From NCBI GenBank assembly GCA_049599135.1, contig JBMYOI010000013.1, forward strand, positions 1-47,510: a stretch of DNA of 47,510 nucleotides. Reading direction: 5' to 3'. A program made the translations under genes and the position numbers. The notes beneath the pieces are model-generated. The model searched no databases, was not told where the DNA came from, and saw only the letters and a program-made list of their open reading frames with translations. The stretch is from Salibacteraceae bacterium (lineage in GTDB: Bacteria; Bacteroidota; Bacteroidia; Flavobacteriales_G; Salibacteraceae). Within the stretch, counting starts at the first letter, position 1, and each line of letters starts with the position of its first letter. Positions 36,181-44,507 of this stretch are shown in pieces.

Positions 36181-36771
36181 ATGCCACACAACTTTTGGGA
36201 AAGCTTAGCTTACGAATCTTCCAAGGCAAATCAAGCCGACCGTTTTTACTCACATACTTTTGGCGTTGAGGCCATTACCCGATTCGACACTGGATCTTCT
36301 TTCGACATGGAATTCCAGCGTAAGGATATTGACCTGCAACTGGAAGGTTGGGGGCGTTTTGCCAACGTATCTGAAAAATTTAGAGATAAGGACTTTAATG
36401 ATTTATACCTAGAGCTATACAGTATGTTTCCTGAACGGCGGGGTTGGATGCATAACTCAGAGGCTGACTATTTAGCCTACTTCTTCCCTACTCGTATGTT
36501 TTGGATAAATAAACGAGATCTACTCGACGTATTTTCTAAACACATTGAAAATATTGTTTCAAATCAACAAATCGACAGCGTTATATCAAAACGAAAAAAC
36601 AAGAGTTTTAAAGAAATTGTAACCGTTGAATTAAATGGAAAAACGTTAAGAATTCCCGTTATAATAGCGTTTAATCAAACAAAAACTAAAAATTGGAATA
36701 CAGTAGGAATATCGATTCCGTTTAAAGAACTAAAGGACTTAGGGCTTTCTTGGAGAGAATACAGCATTTAG
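36181..36771 (+). CDS. Hypothetical 196-aa protein convergent with a DNA methyltransferase, stop codons overlapping. Candidate type II restriction endonuclease.
   Basis: No recognisable family from sequence alone. Acidic/basic segment FDMEFQRKDIDLQLEGWGRF. Genomic context only. Confidence 0.35.
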   Translation: MPHNFWESLAYESSKANQADRFYSHTFGVEAITRFDTGSSFDMEFQRKDIDLQLEGWGRFANVSEKFRDKDFNDLYLELYSMFPERRGWMHNSEADYLAYFFPTRMFWINKRDLLDVFSKHIENIVSNQQIDSVISKRKNKSFKEIVTVELNGKTLRIPVIIAFNQTKTKNWNTVGISIPFKELKDLGLSWREYSI

Positions 36772-37487
36772 TCTTCGTCCAACTCCTTGAGCCTAGCATG
36801 ACCAATATCTACGTACTCTTGACTTAGTTCAAACCCAATAAAATTTCGACCTAATTTTTTGGCAGCGACGGCAGTAGTCCCAGAACCCATAAAAGGATCC
36901 AAAACTAAATCGCCTTCATTTGAGCTTATTTCTAGGTATGGAATACAAACTTTAAGTGGCTTTTGAGTTTTGTGTTTGCTTCGCTCTTTACCCATACAAA
37001 TTGGTGTTTGGATAAAATTGTGCATTTCATTCACATGTTTATGATTCCATGTTTTGGGCGTGCCTTTACTAAAATGAACAATTAGCTCCATGCTATTGGC
37101 AAACATTTTACGAGTATAAATTGCTGGAAACGGATTTGTTTTATGCCAGTGCAACACCTTTCGAAAGGTAAATCCTGTTTTTTCAACTAATCGATTTATG
37201 TAGGAAACAAAATCATCACCACAAAAAAGATATCCTGCGGCTCCGGGCTTTGCAACACGAAAGCACTCGACCAATACATCTTCTAAAAACTGCAAATACT
37301 CTTCTTCTGAAGAATAACCATCAAAAGCAAATTCTGTAACTACGTCTTTATGATTTTTGAGTGAAGTAACATTTTGTGCGCGGTATTGGTAGTAAGGAGG
37401 ATCTGTAAATATTAAATCTACCGACTCATCTTCCATCGCCCTAAGGCCTTCTAAACAAGAAATATTATGAATTTTATTTACCTCCAT
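36768..37487 (-). CDS. Beta-class N6-adenine (N4/N6 family) DNA methyltransferase
   Basis: Motif IV DLIFTDPPYY precedes motif I FMGSGTTAVAAKKLGRNFIGFELS (beta-class order). DPPY favours m6A over m4C (SPPY/F). Confidence 0.85.
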   Translation of the reverse strand: MEVNKIHNISCLEGLRAMEDESVDLIFTDPPYYQYRAQNVTSLKNHKDVVTEFAFDGYSSEEEYLQFLEDVLVECFRVAKPGAAGYLFCGDDFVSYINRLVEKTGFTFRKVLHWHKTNPFPAIYTRKMFANSMELIVHFSKGTPKTWNHKHVNEMHNFIQTPICMGKERSKHKTQKPLKVCIPYLEISSNEGDLVLDPFMGSGTTAVAAKKLGRNFIGFELSQEYVDIGHARLKELDED

Positions 37488-37570
37488 TGGTTGGCAAATA
37501 TAACAGGGCTAGTTATCTATAAAAAGTTGATTAAAGACGAGTATTCATTAATTATTAACGACCAGTTTAC

Positions 37571-38065
37571 TCAATAGACTTTATCCCCTTTTTGAAGCCA
37601 AATGCCCCAAGTCTTTGAATAGACATGTACCTTTTGTGTAGGACCGGTTGAATCTTCAACCGAAAACCCCTCGTTAACCCACTGAAAAATGCCACCATAC
37701 AGGTTTTTAACGTTATTAAAACCTGCCTGCTGAAGCTTTAGCCCTATATCGTCACTTCGCTTCCCCAATGAACAATAAACAGTAAGGTCGGTATTTTTAG
37801 GTAAATCTACTCGTTTTATATCAAAGTCACTGTACCCCACCCAAATGGCATTAGGTAAATGACTTACCTCAAACTCTTCTTTGTTTCTAGCATCAAGAAA
37901 AACGGTTTTAGAAGGAGACACATTTTTTGGCAAAACAATTTCAACCTTATCACTTAATAACGAATCAACTAATTTCTTAAATGCCCAATTTCTCATTGTA
38001 AAGATTGATATAATTAATGCCGCAATTAGTAGAATAATAAAATAAAAAGCAGGCTTAAAATTCAT
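37571..38065 (-). CDS. Membrane-anchored single-domain rhodanese (sulfurtransferase)
   Basis: N-terminal TM (FYFIILLIAALIISIF). Rhodanese active-site loop VYCSLGKRS. Internal ATG chosen; it abuts the stop of the upstream barrel gene. Confidence 0.7.
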   Translation of the reverse strand: MNFKPAFYFIILLIAALIISIFTMRNWAFKKLVDSLLSDKVEIVLPKNVSPSKTVFLDARNKEEFEVSHLPNAIWVGYSDFDIKRVDLPKNTDLTVYCSLGKRSDDIGLKLQQAGFNNVKNLYGGIFQWVNEGFSVEDSTGPTQKVHVYSKTWGIWLQKGDKVY

Positions 38066-38066
38066 G

Positions 38067-38588
38067 TTAAAACTTCTTTCCAATAAACAATCCAAATGCA
38101 AATGCAGTGGTGTTAATGTCTTTATAATCGAATGAAATGTTAGGACCAAAAACTATATCGTTTTTAGTCTCGTATTCATATTCAGCTGTAAACCTTAACA
38201 AGATTAAGTTTTTTGATTTTTCAATTTCATAGCCCCCTCCTATTCCAATAGTAAGCTCTTTCCATACCTTTCGTTCTGCCAACAAGGCTAGTATCATTGG
38301 ATTTTTCCGGGTGAGAAAAGTATCTTCTTCATATTCCAACACATAGTTCATGAATTCAATATCGTACTGAAACCCTAAACCCCAATTTTGGTTAAATTTA
38401 AAATTGTAATCAATTCCGATACTTGGAATAATAAGCAAATCTTTACTCCCCCAAGATTGCCTTCCCTCCGGCACATAGGTATGAGACATAACTAAAACTG
38501 CTGAATGTCTTTTGAATTCTTTCTCTTGAGCATTAGCCAACAAAAAAGAAAACACAAAAAGGATTGACAAGAATATCGCTTTAATCAT
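38067..38588 (-). CDS. Small outer-membrane beta-barrel protein (8-strand OmpW/OmpA-like class), co-operonic with rhodaneses
   Basis: 173 aa. Signal (FLLANAQE). Alternating aromatic beta pattern. Confidence 0.5.
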   Translation of the reverse strand: MIKAIFLSILFVFSFLLANAQEKEFKRHSAVLVMSHTYVPEGRQSWGSKDLLIIPSIGIDYNFKFNQNWGLGFQYDIEFMNYVLEYEEDTFLTRKNPMILALLAERKVWKELTIGIGGGYEIEKSKNLILLRFTAEYEYETKNDIVFGPNISFDYKDINTTAFAFGLFIGKKF

Positions 38589-38656
38589 AATGCCTCAAAA
38601 ATAAGAAACCCGACTACGGTGGTAGTCAGGTTTCATTATTAAAAAGATTATTATTC

Positions 38657-38995
38657 TTATTGAACCTCTCCGTCCCAAGACATCATTCCACCGTTTAAAT
38701 TATAAACGTTAGAAAAACCAGTTTGCGACATAGCTCCACAAGCAGAACCACTTCTTCCACCACTTCTACAAATCATGAAATAAGTCTTAGACTTGTCCAT
38801 TTGAGAGATTTGTTCCATAAAATCATGGCCCATTAGATTAATATTTCGTGCGCCTGGAATAATTCCTTCTGCACATTCTTCCGGAGTTCTCACATCAATT
38901 AAAACTGCGTTATCTCCTGCCTCTTCGACCAATGATCGAAATTCTGTTCCGTTAATATCCTTATACATTCTTGTTATTTTAAAGTTGATGGACAA
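38657..38995 (-). CDS. Single-domain rhodanese sulfurtransferase
   Basis: 112 aa. Catalytic Cys loop FMICRSGGRSGSA. Confidence 0.8.
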   Translation of the reverse strand: MSINFKITRMYKDINGTEFRSLVEEAGDNAVLIDVRTPEECAEGIIPGARNINLMGHDFMEQISQMDKSKTYFMICRSGGRSGSACGAMSQTGFSNVYNLNGGMMSWDGEVQ

Positions 38996-40383
38996 ACAAA
39001 GTCAGTTAATGGAATACCTACTTTTTTAATAGCTCCCATTCCACCTTTAACATCAATAATATTATGCATTCCTCTTGCTTTAAGTATGCTTGCAAAAATC
39101 ACTGAACGATATCCGCCAGCACAGTGCGTGTAAAAAGTTGTATCCTTATCTACCTTATCCATGTTATTGTTAATGTAATCAAGAGGAACATTTAAAGCTT
39201 TATCGATATGTTCAGCAGTAAATTCACTTGGCTTACGCACATCCAAAACTGAAATCTCTTCGGTTTCCAATTTAGTTTTCAATTGGTCAACTGTTACATT
39301 TTCTACATGATCAACGCTTTTACCAGCATCAATCCAAGCCTGTATTCCACCTTCTAAGTAACCAATACAATTATCGTAACCTACTCTTGCAAGTCGCATT
39401 ACAACTTCCTCTTCAGAGCCTTCATCAGCAACAATTAAAATAGGTTGTTTTAAATCGTTAATTAAAGCACCTACCCATGTAGCAAAAGAACCTTTTACTC
39501 CAATAAAAATTGAACCTGGAATATGAGCTTTAGAAAAATCATCTTGATGACGAGTATCCAATACCAAAGCTTCTTCAGCTTCAGCAACTGCTAAAAAGGT
39601 ATTTACATCAAATGATTTTGCTCCTTTTGCCATAACCTGATCGATGGATTCGTACCCCATTTTATTCATTACAGCATTTTTAGGAAAATACTGCGGAGGA
39701 GGCATAATACCATCGGTAACTTCTGCAATAAACTCATCACGAGTCATATCAGCACGAAGTGCATAATTCACTTCTTTTTGGTGACCTAAAGTATCAAAGG
39801 TTTCTTTGCTCATGTTTTTACCACAGGCAGAACCTGCACCGTGAGCGGGATAAACAATTAATTCATCTTCAAGTGGCATTATTTTATTGCGCAACGAATC
39901 GAATAATTTACCAGCTAAATCTTCACGAGTTAAATCAGTTTTAACGGCTAAGTCAGGTCGACCTACATCACCAATAAATAATGTATCTCCAGAGAAAAGT
40001 GCATGATTTTTACCATTTTCGTCAATCAACAAAAAGCTACTCGACTCCATAGTATGCCCTGGAGTATGAAGTACTTTAATTGTAACCTTTCCTAATTTAA
40101 ACAGTTGCCCATCTTCTGCCGTAACAATATCATAGCCTGCCTTAGCGGTTGGGCCATAAATAATTTGAGCTCCAGTTTTCTTAGCTAAATCAACGTGACC
40201 GGATACAAAATCGGCATGAAAATGCGTTTCGAAAACGTACTTAATTTTACCGCCGTTTTCTTCAGCTTTCGCTATATATGGTGCGGTTTCTCTTAATGGA
40301 TCAATGATAGCAACTTCGCCTTCACTTTCTATATAATAGGCGGCTTCTGCTAGACACCCTGTGTATAATTGTTCTACTTTCAT
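38974..40383 (-). CDS. MBL-fold persulfide dioxygenase (ETHE1-like) fused to two rhodanese domains (CstB-like architecture)
   Basis: 469 aa. Metal-binding HFHADFVSGH. Two C-terminal rhodanese-like modules (…YTHCAGGYRS…). Confidence 0.85.
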   Translation of the reverse strand: MKVEQLYTGCLAEAAYYIESEGEVAIIDPLRETAPYIAKAEENGGKIKYVFETHFHADFVSGHVDLAKKTGAQIIYGPTAKAGYDIVTAEDGQLFKLGKVTIKVLHTPGHTMESSSFLLIDENGKNHALFSGDTLFIGDVGRPDLAVKTDLTREDLAGKLFDSLRNKIMPLEDELIVYPAHGAGSACGKNMSKETFDTLGHQKEVNYALRADMTRDEFIAEVTDGIMPPPQYFPKNAVMNKMGYESIDQVMAKGAKSFDVNTFLAVAEAEEALVLDTRHQDDFSKAHIPGSIFIGVKGSFATWVGALINDLKQPILIVADEGSEEEVVMRLARVGYDNCIGYLEGGIQAWIDAGKSVDHVENVTVDQLKTKLETEEISVLDVRKPSEFTAEHIDKALNVPLDYINNNMDKVDKDTTFYTHCAGGYRSVIFASILKARGMHNIIDVKGGMGAIKKVGIPLTDFVCPSTLK

Positions 40384-40444
40384 AAATAGATGTATTTATT
40401 AATTCTGTGTTGCAAACTTAACCTGACCAATTAAATTGAATTAG

Positions 40445-40467
40445 TAACAAATGTCACAAGTTTGTTA
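40445..40467. promoter_or_regulatory. Operator-like inverted repeat taacaaa-N9-tttgtta between the peroxidase gene end and the PDO-rhodanese operon start
   Basis: Read directly from the sequence. It overlaps the peroxidase stop codon and lies ~80 nt upstream of the 38974..40383 start. Confidence 0.25.
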
Positions 40468-41484
40468 TTTTTCAAAATTTGAATCAGTCAAACTATTCAA
40501 AAACGCCACTAGGTCAGCTTTCTGTTGAATTGTTAAGTTTTGTTTTTTAATTCTTGAATCTTGTGTTCTTGATGAATTTCCACCACTAGCATAATGATCA
40601 ATTACTTCTTCTAAAGTCTTAAAACGACCATCATGCATATAAGGAGCTGTAATTTTTATATTTCTTAAAGTTGGCACTTTAAATTTCCCTTCATCCGGTT
40701 TGTGATCTGTTACCTTAAATCGTCCCGGATCTTTACCAAATTCAAAAAGTCCATTATTAATGAATTCGTAGGTTGTAAATAATGGAGGTGTATGGCATTC
40801 AGAGCAAGCCAATTCTTTACTAAAAAACAATTGCATACCGCTTAATTCGGATTGAGAAAGAATTGAAGAATCTTTTAAATAAAAATATTTATCGAACCGA
40901 GATTCCTCAGAAACCAGTGTACGCTCGAAACAAGCCAAAGCTTCGGCGATCAACCTCGGGTTAGGAAGTGAACCAAATGCAGAATCAAATTTATTGACAT
41001 AATCTAGGTTTTGATTCAACCGATTAGCGGCTTCAACTATATTCAAATCAAACTCGTCATGATTATCAAATGGAAGTACTACTTGCTTCTCTAAAGTATT
41101 AGGTCCACCATCCCACATAAAATAAGGTGCCCACAAAACATTGAGTAAGCTGGGGGCACTTCGAGTTCCTTTTCTGCCGTTAACTCCAACAGAAACAGCA
41201 AGACCATCAGTTAAAGCCCTGCTTTTAAGATGACAAGTTGCACACGAAATACTTGAATCGATACTAAAAACCACATCGTTAAAAAGCATTTCACCTAAAT
41301 CAACTTTTGCCTGTGTCAATTCATTTTCGCTAGGAATCGTATAATTTGGAAAATAACTAGGAGTTCTTAATGGATAAACGGTAATTCCACCATTATCAAT
41401 TAATTGAGGTTGTACTTTTTGCTCATCAGCTTTGTTACATGCATTAAATAATAGCAATAAAATAATTAGCCTTCCCCAGTGCAT
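40465..41484 (-). CDS. Di-heme cytochrome c peroxidase family protein (CCP/MauG/MbnH family)
   Basis: 339 aa. Lipoprotein signal (LLLLFNACN). Two CxxCH motifs (CATCH, CSECH). Conserved Trp segment LWAPYFMWDGG. FKVPTLRNI…APYMHDGRF. Confidence 0.85.
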   Translation of the reverse strand: MHWGRLIILLLLFNACNKADEQKVQPQLIDNGGITVYPLRTPSYFPNYTIPSENELTQAKVDLGEMLFNDVVFSIDSSISCATCHLKSRALTDGLAVSVGVNGRKGTRSAPSLLNVLWAPYFMWDGGPNTLEKQVVLPFDNHDEFDLNIVEAANRLNQNLDYVNKFDSAFGSLPNPRLIAEALACFERTLVSEESRFDKYFYLKDSSILSQSELSGMQLFFSKELACSECHTPPLFTTYEFINNGLFEFGKDPGRFKVTDHKPDEGKFKVPTLRNIKITAPYMHDGRFKTLEEVIDHYASGGNSSRTQDSRIKKQNLTIQQKADLVAFLNSLTDSNFEK

Positions 41485-42395
41485 TAATTGATTTCAATTT
41501 TATTGAAAGTAACATTACGACTCAAATTTGTTTGAATAATTGCGGATACTTCTTTTTGCGTAAGCACATTTCTTGATGAATCTAAAACAGCTGTATTTGT
41601 ATGAGAGCGTCCTTCTTCAGATGTCTCAATTTTTAAATCACCTATCATTTCTGGAACATCTAAAGTCAAATAAATAGTAACTACATCTCCTTTTTTGAAA
41701 GTATAGGCTCTATCAAACCTAACAACCCCTAAGCGATACAAATCGCTCAAACCTGTATGATAATAAAAGGCTCTGTCCACATTTCCGTCTTGAGTTGAAT
41801 CAACATTACCTTCAAACAACATGAATTTGTACTTATCGGCCCAGCCCCAACCCATTCCTGTATAAGTTGTATTTAGTGGGTGGTCAGAATCGTACTGATT
41901 GGGTTTGAACTCTTCATTCAATTCAATATCAACTCCGTAACCAATTATCAATTCATTAAAAGTACCAATTGCGGCTGCAACACTATTTGCCTTGTTATCC
42001 CAAGTTGGAATAGCAGGGTTCAATGATTGGCTTGTATCATGATCAATTAATTCAACATCTTTTATTAGAATTTTATCATCACCATTGTTTGCCAATTTAA
42101 CGTTAGAAACAAAATATTTCAATTCGGTTGCAGAAAAATTTCTCCCACTTAGGGTTTTGTAAACCGTATTCAGATAAAAATCTTGGCTCCCCGCTTTGCC
42201 ATTAAAAACGAGTTCAAAAGAAACACCTTGACTAGGGTCTGTAACGGTATCTGTAGGAATTAAATACGTGCACTCACCATATTTTTTTGCTTCAGGGTCA
42301 TAATTTTCGGCATTAGGATCCATACAACCTGTATTAGAATTACATGCTGTAAACAACACAATTAAACCAAAAAAAGAGATTTTAATTAATTTCAT
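41484..42395 (-). CDS. Lipoprotein of unknown function, paralog A (N-terminal GCxD…NY…AK…GxC motif; GWGW motif)
   Basis: Signal/lipobox MKLIKISFFGLIVLFTACN. It is paralogous to 42412..43200 and overlaps the peroxidase start by 1 nt. Confidence 0.5.
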   Translation of the reverse strand: MKLIKISFFGLIVLFTACNSNTGCMDPNAENYDPEAKKYGECTYLIPTDTVTDPSQGVSFELVFNGKAGSQDFYLNTVYKTLSGRNFSATELKYFVSNVKLANNGDDKILIKDVELIDHDTSQSLNPAIPTWDNKANSVAAAIGTFNELIIGYGVDIELNEEFKPNQYDSDHPLNTTYTGMGWGWADKYKFMLFEGNVDSTQDGNVDRAFYYHTGLSDLYRLGVVRFDRAYTFKKGDVVTIYLTLDVPEMIGDLKIETSEEGRSHTNTAVLDSSRNVLTQKEVSAIIQTNLSRNVTFNKIEIN

Positions 42396-42411
42396 TTTTA
42401 ATTGAATTAGT

Positions 42412-43200
42412 TTAATAAAAAGCATCAGGTAAGTTCTTAATTATTTCATCTGAAACAGCATTAGTTACATGTGCTTTGGGAGTAGCTTTTAAATCAACTC
42501 CATTTAAAAATTTAGACCAATTAATATTCATATCAATTGTAGTCGTATTCCCATTTAACAAATCAAAAAATGCAAAATATTCCGTAATCTCCGCATAATA
42601 CTTGTCATCTCCCACATGAAATTGAAAGTCTGCATCTGGAACGTTGTCACCATCGCTATCAAATTTTCCTTCCAATTTAATAAAAATGTATTTCTGAGCC
42701 CAGCCCCAGTGCATGCTAGGATCTTGGTAAGATAGAACATGGCTCACCTCAAAATCTTGAGGTTGTTTAGTATTATTTGTAACGCTATCTATGCCAAACC
42801 CAAAACTAAAATCGGAATATGTATTTGGTTCTAAATCGGTAACATAATAAATACTTTGTGTTGGCTTAATCAATTGATACGTCTCCGGATATGTAGTTCT
42901 TACCCCGCTTTTGTTAGTCAATGCTAAATCACTCAAATACATCTGACATAATGTAAATTCAATCATCAAACCATTATCCGCTTTAAACGGCTCATTGTAG
43001 GTAAAGCTTTGATTACTACCCATTGTCGATTTTATATCATAAGAAACACCTGCGGGTGTAACCTCAAACCTACATGATCCGTCATCTTTTTTAGCATCAG
43101 AACTATAATTAATAGCTGTACTATCAGTACATCCTTCCTTCTTACATGAGCCAAATAATAAGGCAATAACTAAAACCGGGATAATTGCAGTGTATTTCAT
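42412..43200 (-). CDS. Lipoprotein of unknown function, paralog B (HWGWAQKY motif)
   Basis: Lipobox LLFGSCKKEGC. It aligns with paralog A across the N-terminal Cys motif and the W-G-W core (HWGWAQKYIFIKLEGKFDSDGDN versus GWGWADKYKFMLFEGNVDSTQDGN). Confidence 0.5.
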   Translation of the reverse strand: MKYTAIIPVLVIALLFGSCKKEGCTDSTAINYSSDAKKDDGSCRFEVTPAGVSYDIKSTMGSNQSFTYNEPFKADNGLMIEFTLCQMYLSDLALTNKSGVRTTYPETYQLIKPTQSIYYVTDLEPNTYSDFSFGFGIDSVTNNTKQPQDFEVSHVLSYQDPSMHWGWAQKYIFIKLEGKFDSDGDNVPDADFQFHVGDDKYYAEITEYFAFFDLLNGNTTTIDMNINWSKFLNGVDLKATPKAHVTNAVSDEIIKNLPDAFY

Positions 43201-43278
43201 ATCGTTATTCGTTTGGGTAAAGATAAGAGATGAAAAAAGGTTAGAACGTAATACAAATCACATTACCGATAAAAATTT

Positions 43279-43977
43279 CTAAAGGAATGTTTTGAGTTCA
43301 CTCAGGCAAGCTATCTCTTTATCAATTTGTTCCATATGCTTTTTTTCGGTTGGGTTAAAAAACACACCCTTCATGCCCGCTTTTTGCCCACCTAAAACAT
43401 CGGCTATTAAGTCATCACCAATCATAACTGAAAACTCAGATTTTGCATTTGCTTCGGATAAAGCAAAATCAAAAATTTTGGGATCGGGTTTGCGCACGCC
43501 CACCATTTCAGAAGTAATTACTTTTTCAAAATACCTATCCAAATCTGAACCTTTCATTTTAACGTTTTGAACTTCCTCAAAACCATTGGTAATAATGTAC
43601 ATTTTGTATTTCGATTTCAAATAGTCCAATGTTGTATGTGCGTGGTCAAACAGATTCGACTTTAGTGGGCTATGACTTAAATAATAGTCATTAATTTCTT
43701 GAGCTAGCTTATCATCATTAATGTTAAATGCTGCCAAGGCTCTTGGAAACCGATCTTTTCTTAATGTGTTTTTACTAATCGATCCATCACGGTATCCAGC
43801 CCACATATTTTCATTGATTCGTTCATAAACATGAATAAAATCAATAGCACTTCTCACTCTTTTTTGGCCCAGTTCAAATATCTGAAAAATCTCATCCAAC
43901 GCTTCTCTCGAATTTGTTTCAAAGTCCCAAAGGGTGTGGTCTAGATCAAAAAAAACGTGAGTAATGTTTTTAAACAT
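43279..43977 (-). CDS. HAD-IA family hydrolase (YjjG-like noncanonical pyrimidine nucleotidase)
   Basis: Motif I VFFDLDHTLWDF, motif III K, motif IV MIGDDLIADVLG. Confidence 0.8.
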   Translation of the reverse strand: MFKNITHVFFDLDHTLWDFETNSREALDEIFQIFELGQKRVRSAIDFIHVYERINENMWAGYRDGSISKNTLRKDRFPRALAAFNINDDKLAQEINDYYLSHSPLKSNLFDHAHTTLDYLKSKYKMYIITNGFEEVQNVKMKGSDLDRYFEKVITSEMVGVRKPDPKIFDFALSEANAKSEFSVMIGDDLIADVLGGQKAGMKGVFFNPTEKKHMEQIDKEIACLSELKTFL

Positions 43978-43981
43978 AGAA

Positions 43982-44434
43982 TTAAATCAATTGGAGTAAA
44001 TAAGGCTTTATTAAAAAAGAGGCTAAAGTCAATGAAAAGCCCCAAATAGTAACTGAACTAATTAAGTAAATTAAGGTTTTTGAATTGTGCCTAAAGTATT
44101 TGGCTGCAAGTAAGCTAACCAAAGGAATAGAAGCAAAACCAAGCACCACTGAAATACCTACAAGTCCAAAACCATTTTTTAACCAAACAACGAATCGATT
44201 GCTTCTAGTGAATTTTTTAGGTGTTTTCTTTTTGGGGAAGGCTTTAGCTATCCAATCAAAAATGGCTGAACCAGCGAAATAAAATACAAATACACCTAGC
44301 CAACCTCCCGATAATGTTATAATAATTGTCTCCCAAAATGAATAACCAAAAGCCATTACAGTGGAAGGGGCGAAAAGAAACTTTACAGACGAAAGCAAGA
44401 TTAAACCCGCTATTTCAACAATTTGCAACCACAT
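43982..44434 (-). CDS. Small polytopic membrane protein of unknown function
   Basis: 150 aa, 4 predicted TM segments. It lies 4 nt downstream of the HAD gene. Confidence 0.45.
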   Translation of the reverse strand: MWLQIVEIAGLILLSSVKFLFAPSTVMAFGYSFWETIIITLSGGWLGVFVFYFAGSAIFDWIAKAFPKKKTPKKFTRSNRFVVWLKNGFGLVGISVVLGFASIPLVSLLAAKYFRHNSKTLIYLISSVTIWGFSLTLASFLIKPYLLQLI

Positions 44435-44507
44435 ATTGCAAAGGTCGTTTAATGTTTACCTTTTAGAAAAAATCAAACGGTAATAATTTATAAACCTTGT
44501 ATTTTTT

